64,000 nucleotides of DNA from Actinomadura craniellae (lineage in GTDB: Bacteria; Actinomycetota; Actinomycetes; Streptosporangiales; Streptosporangiaceae), in NCBI RefSeq assembly GCF_003289645.1, contig NZ_QLYX01000008.1, forward strand, positions 208,147 through 272,146, written 5' to 3'. The first letter of the stretch is position 1. Each line of letters starts with the position of its first letter. Both the position numbers and the translations under genes were made by a program. Below are positions 53,642 through 63,102 of the stretch, in pieces. The notes beneath the pieces are model-generated. The model ran no database searches, was not told the origin of the DNA, and saw only the letters and a list, made by a program, of their open reading frames with translations.

Positions 53642-54199
53642 ATGGATCGGGGAGAGGCTTCGGTCTTCCATTTCGTCGCCGGTGCCGGCTGCGTCTTCGT
53701 GCTCGCGCTCGCCTTCAAGGGCGTGGCCGTGTCCACCGCTTCGGCGTTCCTGGCCGGCACGGTCGCGCTGTGGTCGCTGCACACGCGGATCGCCACCGGC
53801 ATGGCGCTCGGCCTGGTCGCGTGGCTGCTGTGCACCGGGTTCGTCGTCAACGGGTCCGGTGAGCTGGCGGTCACCGGCGTGGCCGACGGTGGCCGGCTGG
53901 GGTTGTTCGTCGCCGCCGGCCTGGCCGGGGCGCTCGCCGGCAGGCTGCTGACCGGGAACGCACCGGACGACGCCCCGCCGCCCCGCCAGGCCACGGGGGC
54001 GACCGTCGTCCCTCTGCCGCGGGCCGAGCCCGAAGGCGGGCTCCTCCCGCCGTGCCGGCATCGCGCGGGGGACTGCCGGTACGGCGCGTACTCGGGCGGC
54101 CGGACGCTCAGCGTGGTCCGGGCGCCGGCCGGGGACGAACGGTCGGACGGCCCGGAACCATCAGACGACTGGGCCGGACGTCATTTGAAGAGGTCCTGA
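53642..54199 (+). CDS. Integral membrane protein (4 TM) with Pro/Asp-rich C-terminal tail
   Basis: ATG 53642 with GAGGAGG RBS. Confidence 0.55.
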   Translation: MDRGEASVFHFVAGAGCVFVLALAFKGVAVSTASAFLAGTVALWSLHTRIATGMALGLVAWLLCTGFVVNGSGELAVTGVADGGRLGLFVAAGLAGALAGRLLTGNAPDDAPPPRQATGATVVPLPRAEPEGGLLPPCRHRAGDCRYGAYSGGRTLSVVRAPAGDERSDGPEPSDDWAGRHLKRS

Positions 54200-54690
54200 C
54201 CGTCGCGCCCCGAGGGGTCCATTGTCAGGATGTCTTCGTACAGGCCCCGGACCGGCCGGCCGGTGAGATCGCCCCGCGGCGTGGTCTCCATCAGTACCCA
54301 GCCCGGGGTGTCCTCGGATGCCTCGTGGTCGCGCCCCTCGCCCGTCAGCCGGTAGAGCATCGCGAACACCGCCTCGTAGGCCGTGCACCGCGCGAGCCGG
54401 ATGACGTCGTCGCGATCGGCCCCCGCGGCCAGCAGCCGGGCGGCCGCCGGAAGGGACTCCAGCGCGCCGGGAGCGGCCCAGCCGTCGATCATCTCCGGCC
54501 AGATGCGCCGCAACGCCAGGAACCCGGCCAGCTGGGGGATGCTCTCGGAGATCTCGGAGAGGGCCCGGCTCTCGGGCTCGTCGGCGCCCAGTTCGGCGAA
54601 ACGATCCCGAAGGGCGATCGCCGCGGCGCGCTCCTGCTCGTCCATGGCAGTCAGCGCGCGGTCCCATCCGGACTCGGAAGACATCGACAT
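54181..54690 (-). CDS. Hypothetical acidic protein
   Basis: High GC3; no recognised domain. Confidence 0.4.
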   Translation of the reverse strand: MSMSSESGWDRALTAMDEQERAAAIALRDRFAELGADEPESRALSEISESIPQLAGFLALRRIWPEMIDGWAAPGALESLPAAARLLAAGADRDDVIRLARCTAYEAVFAMLYRLTGEGRDHEASEDTPGWVLMETTPRGDLTGRPVRGLYEDILTMDPSGRDGQDLFK

Positions 54691-54973
54691 CCCAGCACAA
54701 TGCCACGTCTGCGGCCTGGCTTGCTCGGCTCCAAACCACTGCCAACTTCCGCCGCGCCAGGGTCTCCCCAATGAGAGAGACCTAACCCGCCCCGCCTTCG
54801 GCTGACCATATGCGGGCGATATGGGGTGTTTGTGTCATGTCCGGAGGGCTTCAAGCGAGATGCTGCGTGCCCTGCTCTGTGGCCGTATCAAGCGGGTTCG
54901 CCGTTCTCCTGACATGACATCGCTGAGTCACTACGATCCCGACGATCTGTATTGGGTCTTGTAAGGGGGATCG

Positions 54974-55912
54974 GTGCTTCCGCACCAGAGGCAGTACGCG
55001 CAGGGGATGTTCCGCGCGCTCGTGGACGAGAGCAGCGGTAACGAGTTCGAGAAGCTGGTGCACCGACTGATGGAGCTGTGCCACCCCGGATACGTGCCGA
55101 TACGCACTCATGGTGATATCGGTGACCTTGGCGGGGATGGGCTCTGCACCTGCCACGGACATCTCTATGCCTGCTATGCACCAGAGACGTTCCAAGTCTC
55201 GAAGGTTCGGGACAAGTTCTTTGGCGATTTAGAGAGCGCCCTGATACAGCGCCCTGAGCAGTTCGATGCCTTCGTGTTCGTGCACAACGACCAGCGAGGT
55301 ATCCACCCGGTGGTCGCAGGGTTGATCTCTGAGGCTCAGCGGAGGCTGCCGAAGACCCAGCTGCGGCAGATGGGGCCACGCAAGCTCTGGAACGAAGCGT
55401 TGATCCTGGACCTACCGAGGATGGAGCAACTCCTCGGCCAGCCGATTCCGGTGAGCGAAGTCCGTTACGCCGTGGGTATGGCGGACATCGAACCACTGCT
55501 GAAACACCTGGCCGACAACCGTCCACGGCATGTACGACCCGCGGATATCCCATTGCCGAGCACCATGAAAGCGGACTACAACCGGCTCAGTCCTCGCTCC
55601 CAACAGGTGTTCAGAGAGGCTCGCCCCTACGTCTACCAAGTGGAGGAGTACTACCGTGGGTTGATCAACCATACTGAGCAGGACGAGGTGGCGGCCGGGT
55701 TCACGGCGTACTACTGCCAGATGCGGGAGGAGTACGGCGACCAGCCAGATGAGATCCTCTGGCAGTTGGAAGGGTACGTCTTGGGTCAGGCGCATGCCCG
55801 CTGGGAACGGGCCGACGCGGCCAGGGTCGTGGTCACGTTCTTCTTCGATCAATGCGACATCTTCGAGGTTCCGCCACCCGGGTGGCGCCGACCGCAGTCG
55901 GGAACATCATGA
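54974..55912 (+). CDS. Predicted effector component of an ABC-3C-like three-gene system (fold unassigned)
   Basis: GTG start with AAGGGGGA RBS; the stop overlaps the next start (ATGA). Lower GC than the flanks. Cys/His cluster CTCHGH and Asp-rich segment GDIGDLGGDG. Confidence 0.6.
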   Translation: MLPHQRQYAQGMFRALVDESSGNEFEKLVHRLMELCHPGYVPIRTHGDIGDLGGDGLCTCHGHLYACYAPETFQVSKVRDKFFGDLESALIQRPEQFDAFVFVHNDQRGIHPVVAGLISEAQRRLPKTQLRQMGPRKLWNEALILDLPRMEQLLGQPIPVSEVRYAVGMADIEPLLKHLADNRPRHVRPADIPLPSTMKADYNRLSPRSQQVFREARPYVYQVEEYYRGLINHTEQDEVAAGFTAYYCQMREEYGDQPDEILWQLEGYVLGQAHARWERADAARVVVTFFFDQCDIFEVPPPGWRRPQSGTS

Positions 55913-56178
55913 TCACACCGACGAAGGGAATTACTCCGGATCGTGCGCTTCTAGCCGTTGGCGCCCAGATCATCCTTCAGCTCGATCGGCCGCTGACAGT
56001 CAGCCAAACTTGGGCTCGTCTGCGCACCTGGCGGCAGGTGAACGGGCACCCGGCACCGTTATCCTTTGGCTGGTTCGTGCTCGCGCTCGATGTGCTCTAC
56101 GCACTCGGGGCCCTGGAGTTGAACGACGATCTGCTGACGGTGGTGAGGACGGGCCATGCTGCGTCGGCTCTCGGCTGA
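55909..56178 (+). CDS. Small (89 aa) alpha-helical middle component (MC-like) of the ABC-3C-like system
   Basis: Translationally coupled on both sides: ATGA with the effector, and a 23-nt overlap with the ATPase. Confidence 0.55.
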   Translation: MITPTKGITPDRALLAVGAQIILQLDRPLTVSQTWARLRTWRQVNGHPAPLSFGWFVLALDVLYALGALELNDDLLTVVRTGHAASALG

Positions 56179-57901
56179 CGACCAACGCTTCAAAACGGTC
56201 GAATTCCGCGAGGGGCTCAACCTTCTGGTTGCGCGAAGTACCGCAGAGTCATCCTCGACCGACAGTCGTAATGGTTCCGGCAAATCGAGTCTTGTTGAGC
56301 TCCTGCACTTCTTGCTCGGGGCGCGAGGCAGCCGCAATCACCTCGCCAGCCGGCCGAGCCTTCGGGACATCACGTTCACGCTGCGCCTCGATTGGCCGGG
56401 ACAGGCGAGAGCCATGGAAGTGAGCCGGAGCGGGAAAACAGCCGCGAACGTCCTGTTAGATCCCTGTCCCACATCCCTTGCAGGGCTTCTCCCGGAAGGC
56501 CGGTGCGCGGTCCCGGTCGGGGATTGGCAGGCGCTTACCGAGTCTGCGCTGTTCGGCCTGTCCGGTGAGCATCCGGGAGTCAGCGGGCGGGCGCTGCTGT
56601 CCTTCCTGATGCGCAAGGTCGGAGACCATGGATTCAACGAGGCCATCCGGAGTTTCGCGCGGCAGCCGGAGGCGCAGGCCACTCCGAACCTTGCTTACCT
56701 GCTGGGATTGGACTCCGATCTGGCGGCGCGATACCAGGATCTCGCGGCGCGCAAGGCCACCCGCGACCAGCTGAAGAAGGCGATCGACGATCCGGTATGG
56801 GGTCAGGTCGTCGGTAAGAGCGCGGACCTCCGCGGCCAGATAGCGATTGTCGAATCGAGAATCACCGCGTTGAACCGGCAGATCGCCGAGTTCCGGGTGG
56901 TGCCCCAGTACGAGGAGCTCAAATCTCGGGCCGATGAGCTGACGCGGCGGATCCAGGAGCTCAGCGCCGAGGACATCATCGATCGGCGGAACCTCGATCA
57001 CCTGGAGAAGGCGGTGGCCGAAGCCATCGACCCGGAAGTCCACTACCTCCAAGACGTCTACGAAGGACTCGGCATTTCGATCCCCGATCGAACGCTCCGC
57101 AGGTTCGAGGATGTACGCGAATTCCATGCCGCCGTGGTCGCCAACCGCCGTACTTACCTTGAGCAAGAGATCCGAGATACCCGAACGCGGCTGGAGAACC
57201 GTAAGGCCGAGCGGGCTCTCCTCGGGGAGGAGCAGAGCCGCATCCTCAAGCAACTTGGTGCAGGTGGTGCGCTCGCCGCTCTGACGACTCTGCAGAAGGC
57301 GCTGGGCCAGGAGGAGGCCGCGCGGGGCGCGTTGCAACACCGCTTGGAGGCGGCTCAGGCTGTTGAGGCGGGCAAGCGGGAGATCGCGAGCGAGCGTCTC
57401 AGATTGAACCAGGCCATCGAGACCGATCTGCAGGAGCGTCGCCTCCAGACCGACGAGGCCCAGGTTCTGTTCAATGACTTCGCTCAGCGTCTCTACGGTA
57501 CGACCAGGCCGTCCTATCTCAAGATCGAGCCAGGACCGAGCAGCCTGAGGATCACCCCGAAGATCGATAGTGATGTCAGCCAGGGCATCAACCGAATGGC
57601 GATCTTCTGCTTCGACCTGACCATCGCCGTCATAGCCCGCCGCGCGAACCGGGGTCCGGACTTCCTGGTCCATGACAGCCATCTCTTCGACGGTGTCGAT
57701 GATCGTCAGTTGACCCGGGCTCTGGAGATCGCTGTTGAGACCATGGCAGCCGAGAACATGCAGTACATCGTCACGATCAACGAGGATGATCTCGCCAAGG
57801 CCCGGGCCCTGGGCTTTGGCGCCGACCCCTACATCATCGAGCCTCGACTGACAGATGCCTACGCTGAAGGAGGCCTCTTCGGTTTCCGCTTCGACAGGTA
57901 A
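56156..57901 (+). CDS. ABC/SMC-like ATPase with coiled-coil insert (DUF2326/ABC-3C-type)
   Basis: N-terminal FKTVEFREGLNLLV...NGSGKSSLVEL (Walker A), about 230-aa coiled coil, C-terminal SQGINRMAIFCF (signature-like) and FLVHDSHLFDGVDD (Walker B/D-loop). Confidence 0.75.
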   Translation: MLRRLSADDQRFKTVEFREGLNLLVARSTAESSSTDSRNGSGKSSLVELLHFLLGARGSRNHLASRPSLRDITFTLRLDWPGQARAMEVSRSGKTAANVLLDPCPTSLAGLLPEGRCAVPVGDWQALTESALFGLSGEHPGVSGRALLSFLMRKVGDHGFNEAIRSFARQPEAQATPNLAYLLGLDSDLAARYQDLAARKATRDQLKKAIDDPVWGQVVGKSADLRGQIAIVESRITALNRQIAEFRVVPQYEELKSRADELTRRIQELSAEDIIDRRNLDHLEKAVAEAIDPEVHYLQDVYEGLGISIPDRTLRRFEDVREFHAAVVANRRTYLEQEIRDTRTRLENRKAERALLGEEQSRILKQLGAGGALAALTTLQKALGQEEAARGALQHRLEAAQAVEAGKREIASERLRLNQAIETDLQERRLQTDEAQVLFNDFAQRLYGTTRPSYLKIEPGPSSLRITPKIDSDVSQGINRMAIFCFDLTIAVIARRANRGPDFLVHDSHLFDGVDDRQLTRALEIAVETMAAENMQYIVTINEDDLAKARALGFGADPYIIEPRLTDAYAEGGLFGFRFDR

Positions 57902-57935
57902 TCGGCACGTCCGAGTCGCGGGAAGAGGAGGGTGC

Positions 57936-58469
57936 ATGAGCACGTACTGGTTCGAGCTCGTGGTCGGTCCGGTGGGCGACCTGGAGGAGGTCGCCGAGCG
58001 GCTGTACGCGATCTGCGGTGACGGCCAGCCGTCCGGCGATGGGCGGGGTGGCGCCGTCCTGTTCTCCCGGGAGTCGCGCAACGCCGTCGAGGCGATCCTG
58101 TCGGCGATCGACGACAGCGAGCGCGCGGGCCTCACGGTGACGGGCGTGGCCGAGGACCTGGTCACGGTCGATGACATCGCCGAGAAGACCGGTCGGTCAG
58201 GTCAGGCGGTCGGGCACTGGATCACCGGCGAGCGCGGCCCCGGCGGCTTCCCTGCACCGGTGATCCACCGCAGCAGCCGGATCAGGTTGTACTCCTGGGC
58301 CCAGGTCTCGCGCTGGCTGGCCGGCGCCGGGCTCGGCCGCGTCGACCAGGTCGCCGCCGAGGCCGCCACCGCCGCCGCCGAGGTGGACGTCCTGCTGCGC
58401 GCCCGCCAAGTCCTGCGCAACGCGCCCTCGGCCCGCCGCACCGCCCTGGCCAGACTGATCGACGCCTGA
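57936..58469 (+). CDS. HTH domain protein (possible regulator or accessory protein of the adjacent system)
   Basis: ATG 57936 with GGAAGAGGAGG RBS; HTH-like segment VDDIAEKTGRSGQAVGHWI. Confidence 0.5.
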   Translation: MSTYWFELVVGPVGDLEEVAERLYAICGDGQPSGDGRGGAVLFSRESRNAVEAILSAIDDSERAGLTVTGVAEDLVTVDDIAEKTGRSGQAVGHWITGERGPGGFPAPVIHRSSRIRLYSWAQVSRWLAGAGLGRVDQVAAEAATAAAEVDVLLRARQVLRNAPSARRTALARLIDA

Positions 58470-58508
58470 GCGGTGCGTTCGGGACCGGGGTGCCCCGCGC
58501 GGCTCCTG

Positions 58509-59102
58509 TCAGGCGGGGTACGGGGTCGCGTCGCGTGCGGGGCGCAGGGCGGCGGACCACCAGGCGAGCTGGTCCAGCAGGGCCTTGGCGTAGCCGGGGG
58601 CCTCGGCGTCCAGCGGCTGCCCGTCCTGCCACGTGGCGAAGTAGTTCGGGAACGCCAGGCTCTCGCGGATGGTCACCGCGTGCAGTTCGGTGAGGACGTT
58701 CTCCAGGTGGAGGACGGCATGGCGGCCGCCACCCGCGCCGCCGTAGCTGGCGAAGGCCACGGGCTTGGCCGTCCAGTGGGTGTAGTGCCAGTCGATGGCG
58801 GCCTTCAGGGAGGCGGGGTAGCTGTGGTTGTACTCGGGCGTGACCAGGATGAAGGCGTCCGCCCCCGCCAGGCTGGACGTCAGGGGCGCCATGGCTTCGG
58901 GGCGCGGGTAGGAGTCGCCGGCGAACTTCGGCGGGGTCGCGGGCAACGACAGCGGGAGTTCGACGTCGGCGAGGTCGACGACCTCGACGTCGAACCCGCC
59001 GTGTACGCGCGCCTGCTCGGCGACCCAGGAGGCGACGACGGGCCCGAACCGGCCCTCGCGGACGCTCCCGATGATGATGGCCAATGTGTGCTTCTCGCTC
59101 AT
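58509..59102 (-). CDS. NADPH-dependent FMN reductase family protein
   Basis: LAIIIGSVREGRFG...ILVTPEYNHSYP flavodoxin-like motifs. Confidence 0.8.
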   Translation of the reverse strand: MSEKHTLAIIIGSVREGRFGPVVASWVAEQARVHGGFDVEVVDLADVELPLSLPATPPKFAGDSYPRPEAMAPLTSSLAGADAFILVTPEYNHSYPASLKAAIDWHYTHWTAKPVAFASYGGAGGGRHAVLHLENVLTELHAVTIRESLAFPNYFATWQDGQPLDAEAPGYAKALLDQLAWWSAALRPARDATPYPA

Positions 59103-59214
59103 GCGTTCCACGGTCCACCGCCGCGAGGGCGGTAACCAGACCCGGCGCAGGCTGGCCCCCGCAGGGCCAGCCTGCGGTGTTCGAGCGCGCCGGCACCGCT
59201 CGTAGACTCCGGCC

Positions 59215-60054
59215 ATGGGTACGCCACTGGGCGACTTCGTCCGCGCCAAGCGCGACAGCATCCAGCCCGAGTCGTTCGGGTTGCCCGACCGGGGCCGCCG
59301 GCGCTCCCCGGGGCTGCGGCGCTCGGATCTGGCCGCCCGGGCCAGGATCAGCGTCGAGTACCTCACCCGCATCGAGCAGGGCCGCGACCGCAACCCGTCT
59401 CCCGCCGTGGTCAACGCCCTTGCCGACGCCCTGAGCCTGGACGCCGCGGAACGCGACCACCTGCGCTACCTCGTCAAGATGACCAATGGGGCCTGTGGTG
59501 GGCGCCGCCGGCCGGAACCGCCCAGCCGCGAGGTCCGCCCCACCGTGCTGGAGACCGTCCGGCTCCTCGAACCGGCGGTCGCGTACGTCACCAACCGCCT
59601 GGGTGACGTGCTCGCGCACACCAGCGGGTTCGAGCTGGTGATGCGCGGGAGCGGGCTGCTGGAGACCCGGGAGCCGAACCTGACGCGCTACGTGTTCACC
59701 GACCCGCGGGCCCGGACGTTCTTCGCCGACTGGGAGCAGGTGGCCGACGAGCAGGCCTTCGACCTGTGGTTCGGGCCGTCCACGGAGACCTCCGAGTGGT
59801 TCAAGGCCGCACTCGCCCCGCTCGCCGGCCAGGAGTTCACCGGGCGGCTCGACCGCCACCTGCCCCCGTCGCAGGTCCCGCTCCGGCTCGACCACCCCAC
59901 CGCGCACGAGCTGCGGTGGCAGCGGGAACGGCTGGAACTGCCGCGCACCGACGCGCAGGCACTGGTCGTCCTCCTGCCCGCCGACGAGACGACGGCCCGG
60001 GCCGTGGAGCGTCTGCGCCGCCAGCCCGGCGGCGGCCTTCGCGCGATCGGTTGA
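59215..60054 (+). CDS. MmyB-family transcriptional regulator (XRE HTH + MmyB-like ligand-binding domain)
   Basis: LGDFVRAKRDSIQPESFGLPDRGRRRSPGLRRSDLAARARISVEYLTRIEQGRDRNPS is the diagnostic MmyB N-terminus. Confidence 0.85.
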   Translation: MGTPLGDFVRAKRDSIQPESFGLPDRGRRRSPGLRRSDLAARARISVEYLTRIEQGRDRNPSPAVVNALADALSLDAAERDHLRYLVKMTNGACGGRRRPEPPSREVRPTVLETVRLLEPAVAYVTNRLGDVLAHTSGFELVMRGSGLLETREPNLTRYVFTDPRARTFFADWEQVADEQAFDLWFGPSTETSEWFKAALAPLAGQEFTGRLDRHLPPSQVPLRLDHPTAHELRWQRERLELPRTDAQALVVLLPADETTARAVERLRRQPGGGLRAIG

Positions 60055-60206
60055 CGCGGCCGGGCACGGCGCCGGACGCCCCCGACGGGACGTCCGGCCG
60101 GACGCGGGGCCGCGGAAGATCCCGATCAGTATGGCGATCGCGGGCGTGCCCGTGCGGGCCGAACGGGGAGGTGTGCGCTCTTCACCTTCCGTGGATCGTC
60201 GCGGCC

Positions 60207-60770
60207 TCAGGCTTCTCGTAGCCAGTGGTCGAGGGTGGTGAAGTCGGCGTCGGTGAGGCCCCGGGCAGGGGGGACGCGATGGAGCAGGGCTCGGCCGGGG
60301 TGGTGCGCGGATACCCAGTCCTGATCGGCGTCGGTGATCTCATCGTCGACCCAGATGAAGGGGCGCCGGTTCGCCCACGTCACCAGGGGCCTGGTCTTCC
60401 AGCACAGCCCGAACCACTGGTCTTCACGCTCGTCCTCGATGGCGGGCTCGGGCCAGTTCACCACCGGTAGCCGCGGCAGCCCGATCCGGGGCGCGATCAC
60501 CGTGTTGGCCTCGTCTTCCCAGGTGGTGGCCCAGACCAGGTCGCAGGGCAGCGCGGCCAGCCGGAGCCCCACCCGCGGGTCGAGCCGGGCCAGGTGCACG
60601 GTCGGCCCGGTGCCCGAAGGGTCGCGTTGCGAGCCGTCGCCGAACGGCAGGAGCGGTCCGTCCACATCGAGGAAGAACAGCGGCCGGTTCCGCCCGGCCT
60701 CGCCCACGTGATGCCTGCCGTCTTCGCCTGCGGCGGCCGGCGATCCGCCACCGCGGGCGTGTGCGGTCAC
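60207..60770 (-). CDS. HAD-like hydrolase domain protein
   Basis: GTG start overlapping (GTGA) the DUF385 stop; motif FFLDVDGPL (DxD). Confidence 0.45.
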   Translation of the reverse strand: MTAHARGGGSPAAAGEDGRHHVGEAGRNRPLFFLDVDGPLLPFGDGSQRDPSGTGPTVHLARLDPRVGLRLAALPCDLVWATTWEDEANTVIAPRIGLPRLPVVNWPEPAIEDEREDQWFGLCWKTRPLVTWANRRPFIWVDDEITDADQDWVSAHHPGRALLHRVPPARGLTDADFTTLDHWLREA

Positions 60771-61156
60771 CGCGGGGTGAGCCGGATCACCGGGTATTCC
60801 CGGTCGGATTTGCTCTGGTACTTCGCGTAGCGGGGCTGGGCGGCTGTGATGTGCTGCCATGCCTGCTCGCGTTCGGCGCTGTCGAGCCGGTGCGGCGTCA
60901 CCGGCACGGCACCGCGGTTGGGCAACTCGATCGACGCCCGGTCGGGGTGCGCCATGAGGTTGGCGTGCCAGTCCGGGTGCCGGCTCCCGCCGCCCGATGC
61001 GACGATCAGCCAGGTGTCCTCGCCGTCGGCGAACCACGCCAAAGGTGTTTCCCGCGGCTGCCCGCTGTGGCGGCCCACCGTGTTCAGGACCAGCACGTCC
61101 ATGCCCATGAGCTTGCCGCGGCCACCCCGGATCTTGCGGTTCATGCGGGCGTTCAT
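60767..61156 (-). CDS. Deazaflavin (F420)-dependent nitroreductase family protein (DUF385)
   Basis: MNRKIRGGRGKLMGMDVLVLNTVGRHSGQPRETPLAW is the characteristic DUF385/Ddn N-terminus. Confidence 0.8.
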   Translation of the reverse strand: MNARMNRKIRGGRGKLMGMDVLVLNTVGRHSGQPRETPLAWFADGEDTWLIVASGGGSRHPDWHANLMAHPDRASIELPNRGAVPVTPHRLDSAEREQAWQHITAAQPRYAKYQSKSDREYPVIRLTPR

Positions 61157-61523
61157 TTTCCGCTGTATCCACAGCGACACCGCCCCGGGCGAACCGCTCT
61201 CGCGCTTTCCGCGGCCGCCTGCCTGCTGGTCCCGTGCCATCGACTACCTCCGGCCGGTCGACTCGATGTCCATGGCGGTAACGCTAGGCGCGCCCGGCCG
61301 CGGGCGCTTCTCGATTCCTGACCGGTCCGCCGCGCACCGCTGGTGGTGGGATCTCGGATCGCCCGGCCGTGAACGTTGGGTCTCACCGTCGCGCCGGACG
61401 GCCGGCGGGTCTGGGCTGGACCGTCCAGACCGGGAAGTCCGCCATGGATGAGCGGGCTCCTCGCCGGCGGGAACGGGGAAGCCCCCCGGCCGGGGAGGGC
61501 CGGGGGGCGGGGGCGGGCAGGGG

Positions 61524-61895
61524 TCAGGGGCTGGTCTGGACGCCGTAGCCGAGCAGGCGGTGGCCGTGGCAGTCGCCGCCGAAGCGCCAGTAGCCGACGC
61601 CCACCCACGCGCCGTACCGCCAGCCGTTCGAGCACTGGGTGACGGCCCGGGCGTACCCGGAGTGGACGCGGCAGTTCCCCCACCAGCGGGTGTCGTTGTG
61701 ACCGACTCCGTCGCAGGTGAACGACCGCGGTGCGGCCTTCTCGCCCTTGCTGAGCAGTACCGTGTCGCCGACCGGTCGCTTCGACGACGACTGCGGCACC
61801 GGCTTGGGCCCGTCGGCGTGGGCCGCGGCGGCCGGGACGGCGAGGAAGGCGGCGACGGCGGTGGCCGTGATGATCTGCCTGGACTTCGTGCGCAT
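61524..61895 (-). CDS. Small secreted Cys/Trp-rich protein, unknown function
   Basis: Signal peptide with AHA cleavage site; 4 Cys. Confidence 0.5.
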   Translation of the reverse strand: MRTKSRQIITATAVAAFLAVPAAAAHADGPKPVPQSSSKRPVGDTVLLSKGEKAAPRSFTCDGVGHNDTRWWGNCRVHSGYARAVTQCSNGWRYGAWVGVGYWRFGGDCHGHRLLGYGVQTSP

Positions 61896-61961
61896 CTCTC
61901 GTTCTCCCTTCTGGGGACCTGCTACGAGTGTCGGGAGAACGGGCCGGGAAGTCCTTGACGT

Positions 61962-62924
61962 TCAGTGCGTCGTGGTTGACTCTCCGCGCACGGCCCGGGG
62001 GCTCGTCCCGTAGGCCGCCTTGAAGGTCCGGCTGAAGTGCGCGGCGTCGGTGAAGCCCCACCGGGCGGCGATGGCGTGGACGGGGCGGCCGGCCAGCAGC
62101 GGGTCGGCGAGGTCACGGTGGCAGCGGTCGAGGCGGCGGGCCCTGACATGGCCGGCGACGGTCAGCCCGCGCGCCCGGAACAGGGCGTGCAGGGAGCGGG
62201 TGGAGATGTGGTGGGCGGCGGCGATCGTCCCGGGGGACAGGGCGGGGTCGCCCAGCCGGTCGTGGACGAACGCCTCGATCCGGTGGAACAGCGCGTCCTG
62301 CGGTGAGCTTGCGGTCGCCTCCAACTCCTGGGCGAGCAGCGCCTCCAGCAGGTCCACCAGCGCGGCCGACAGGCGGTGCGCGCAGGCGGGGCGGTAGTGC
62401 TCGGCGTCCTGGACGGTGCGGACCGCGACGTCGGTGAGCAGCGCGCCGACACCGGACCGGCCGTCCAGTTCGGCCCCGACCACCTGCCGGATCGTGCGGG
62501 CGGGCAGCGGCAGCAGGTCGCGCGGGATCCGGACGAACAGGCACCGGTCGACGCCGGGGCTCCGCTCGCCGTGGAAGGGCAGGGACGTGTCCAGCAGCGT
62601 GAGGGTGCCGGGGGCGAGGGAGATCTGGCGGCCGTTGTGCACCAGCGTCCCGTGCCCGCGCAGGTTGACCACCAGGCGGTAGGCGTCGGGGTCGGACCGG
62701 CGGATCAGGGCCGGGTCGCGCCGCACCTCGCAGCATTCCGGTGTCCGGGTGGCCAGCGCCATGACCGTCACCGGGCCGAGGTCGACCCGGCGCAGCCGGG
62801 CGGAGAACCCGGCGGGCCGCGCGCACGCCACGTCCATGGGGGAGGACTCCCGGAAGACGATCTCGCGGAAGTACGCGAACCGCTCGGTGTCCGGAACGTC
62901 GTCCGTGCAGATCACAGCGTTCAT
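61962..62924 (-). CDS. AraC-family transcriptional regulator
   Basis: C-terminal double HTH (GFTDAAHFSRTFKAAYGTSP). Confidence 0.85.
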   Translation of the reverse strand: MNAVICTDDVPDTERFAYFREIVFRESSPMDVACARPAGFSARLRRVDLGPVTVMALATRTPECCEVRRDPALIRRSDPDAYRLVVNLRGHGTLVHNGRQISLAPGTLTLLDTSLPFHGERSPGVDRCLFVRIPRDLLPLPARTIRQVVGAELDGRSGVGALLTDVAVRTVQDAEHYRPACAHRLSAALVDLLEALLAQELEATASSPQDALFHRIEAFVHDRLGDPALSPGTIAAAHHISTRSLHALFRARGLTVAGHVRARRLDRCHRDLADPLLAGRPVHAIAARWGFTDAAHFSRTFKAAYGTSPRAVRGESTTTH

Positions 62925-63102
62925 CGCCGGCCCCTTCCCCGATGTGCCGTCCCTCCGGGATACCGCATCGGGCCGGGGCCCCGCCCGGTTTCCTCACGAT
63001 GAGTCAGAGGATTGTCACCTTGCGGTGCGGGTGCCGGGCTGCAGTGAACCGATGTGCGCGGGTCGTGAATAGTGGGGGAAGCACGCGCCTTCGGGAGGAA
63101 TC

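Noticed and set aside
60207-61172. 321-aa ORF
   Set aside because: The upstream two thirds overlap the well-supported DUF385 gene in another frame. Truncated to the GTG at 60770 that overlaps the DUF385 stop.
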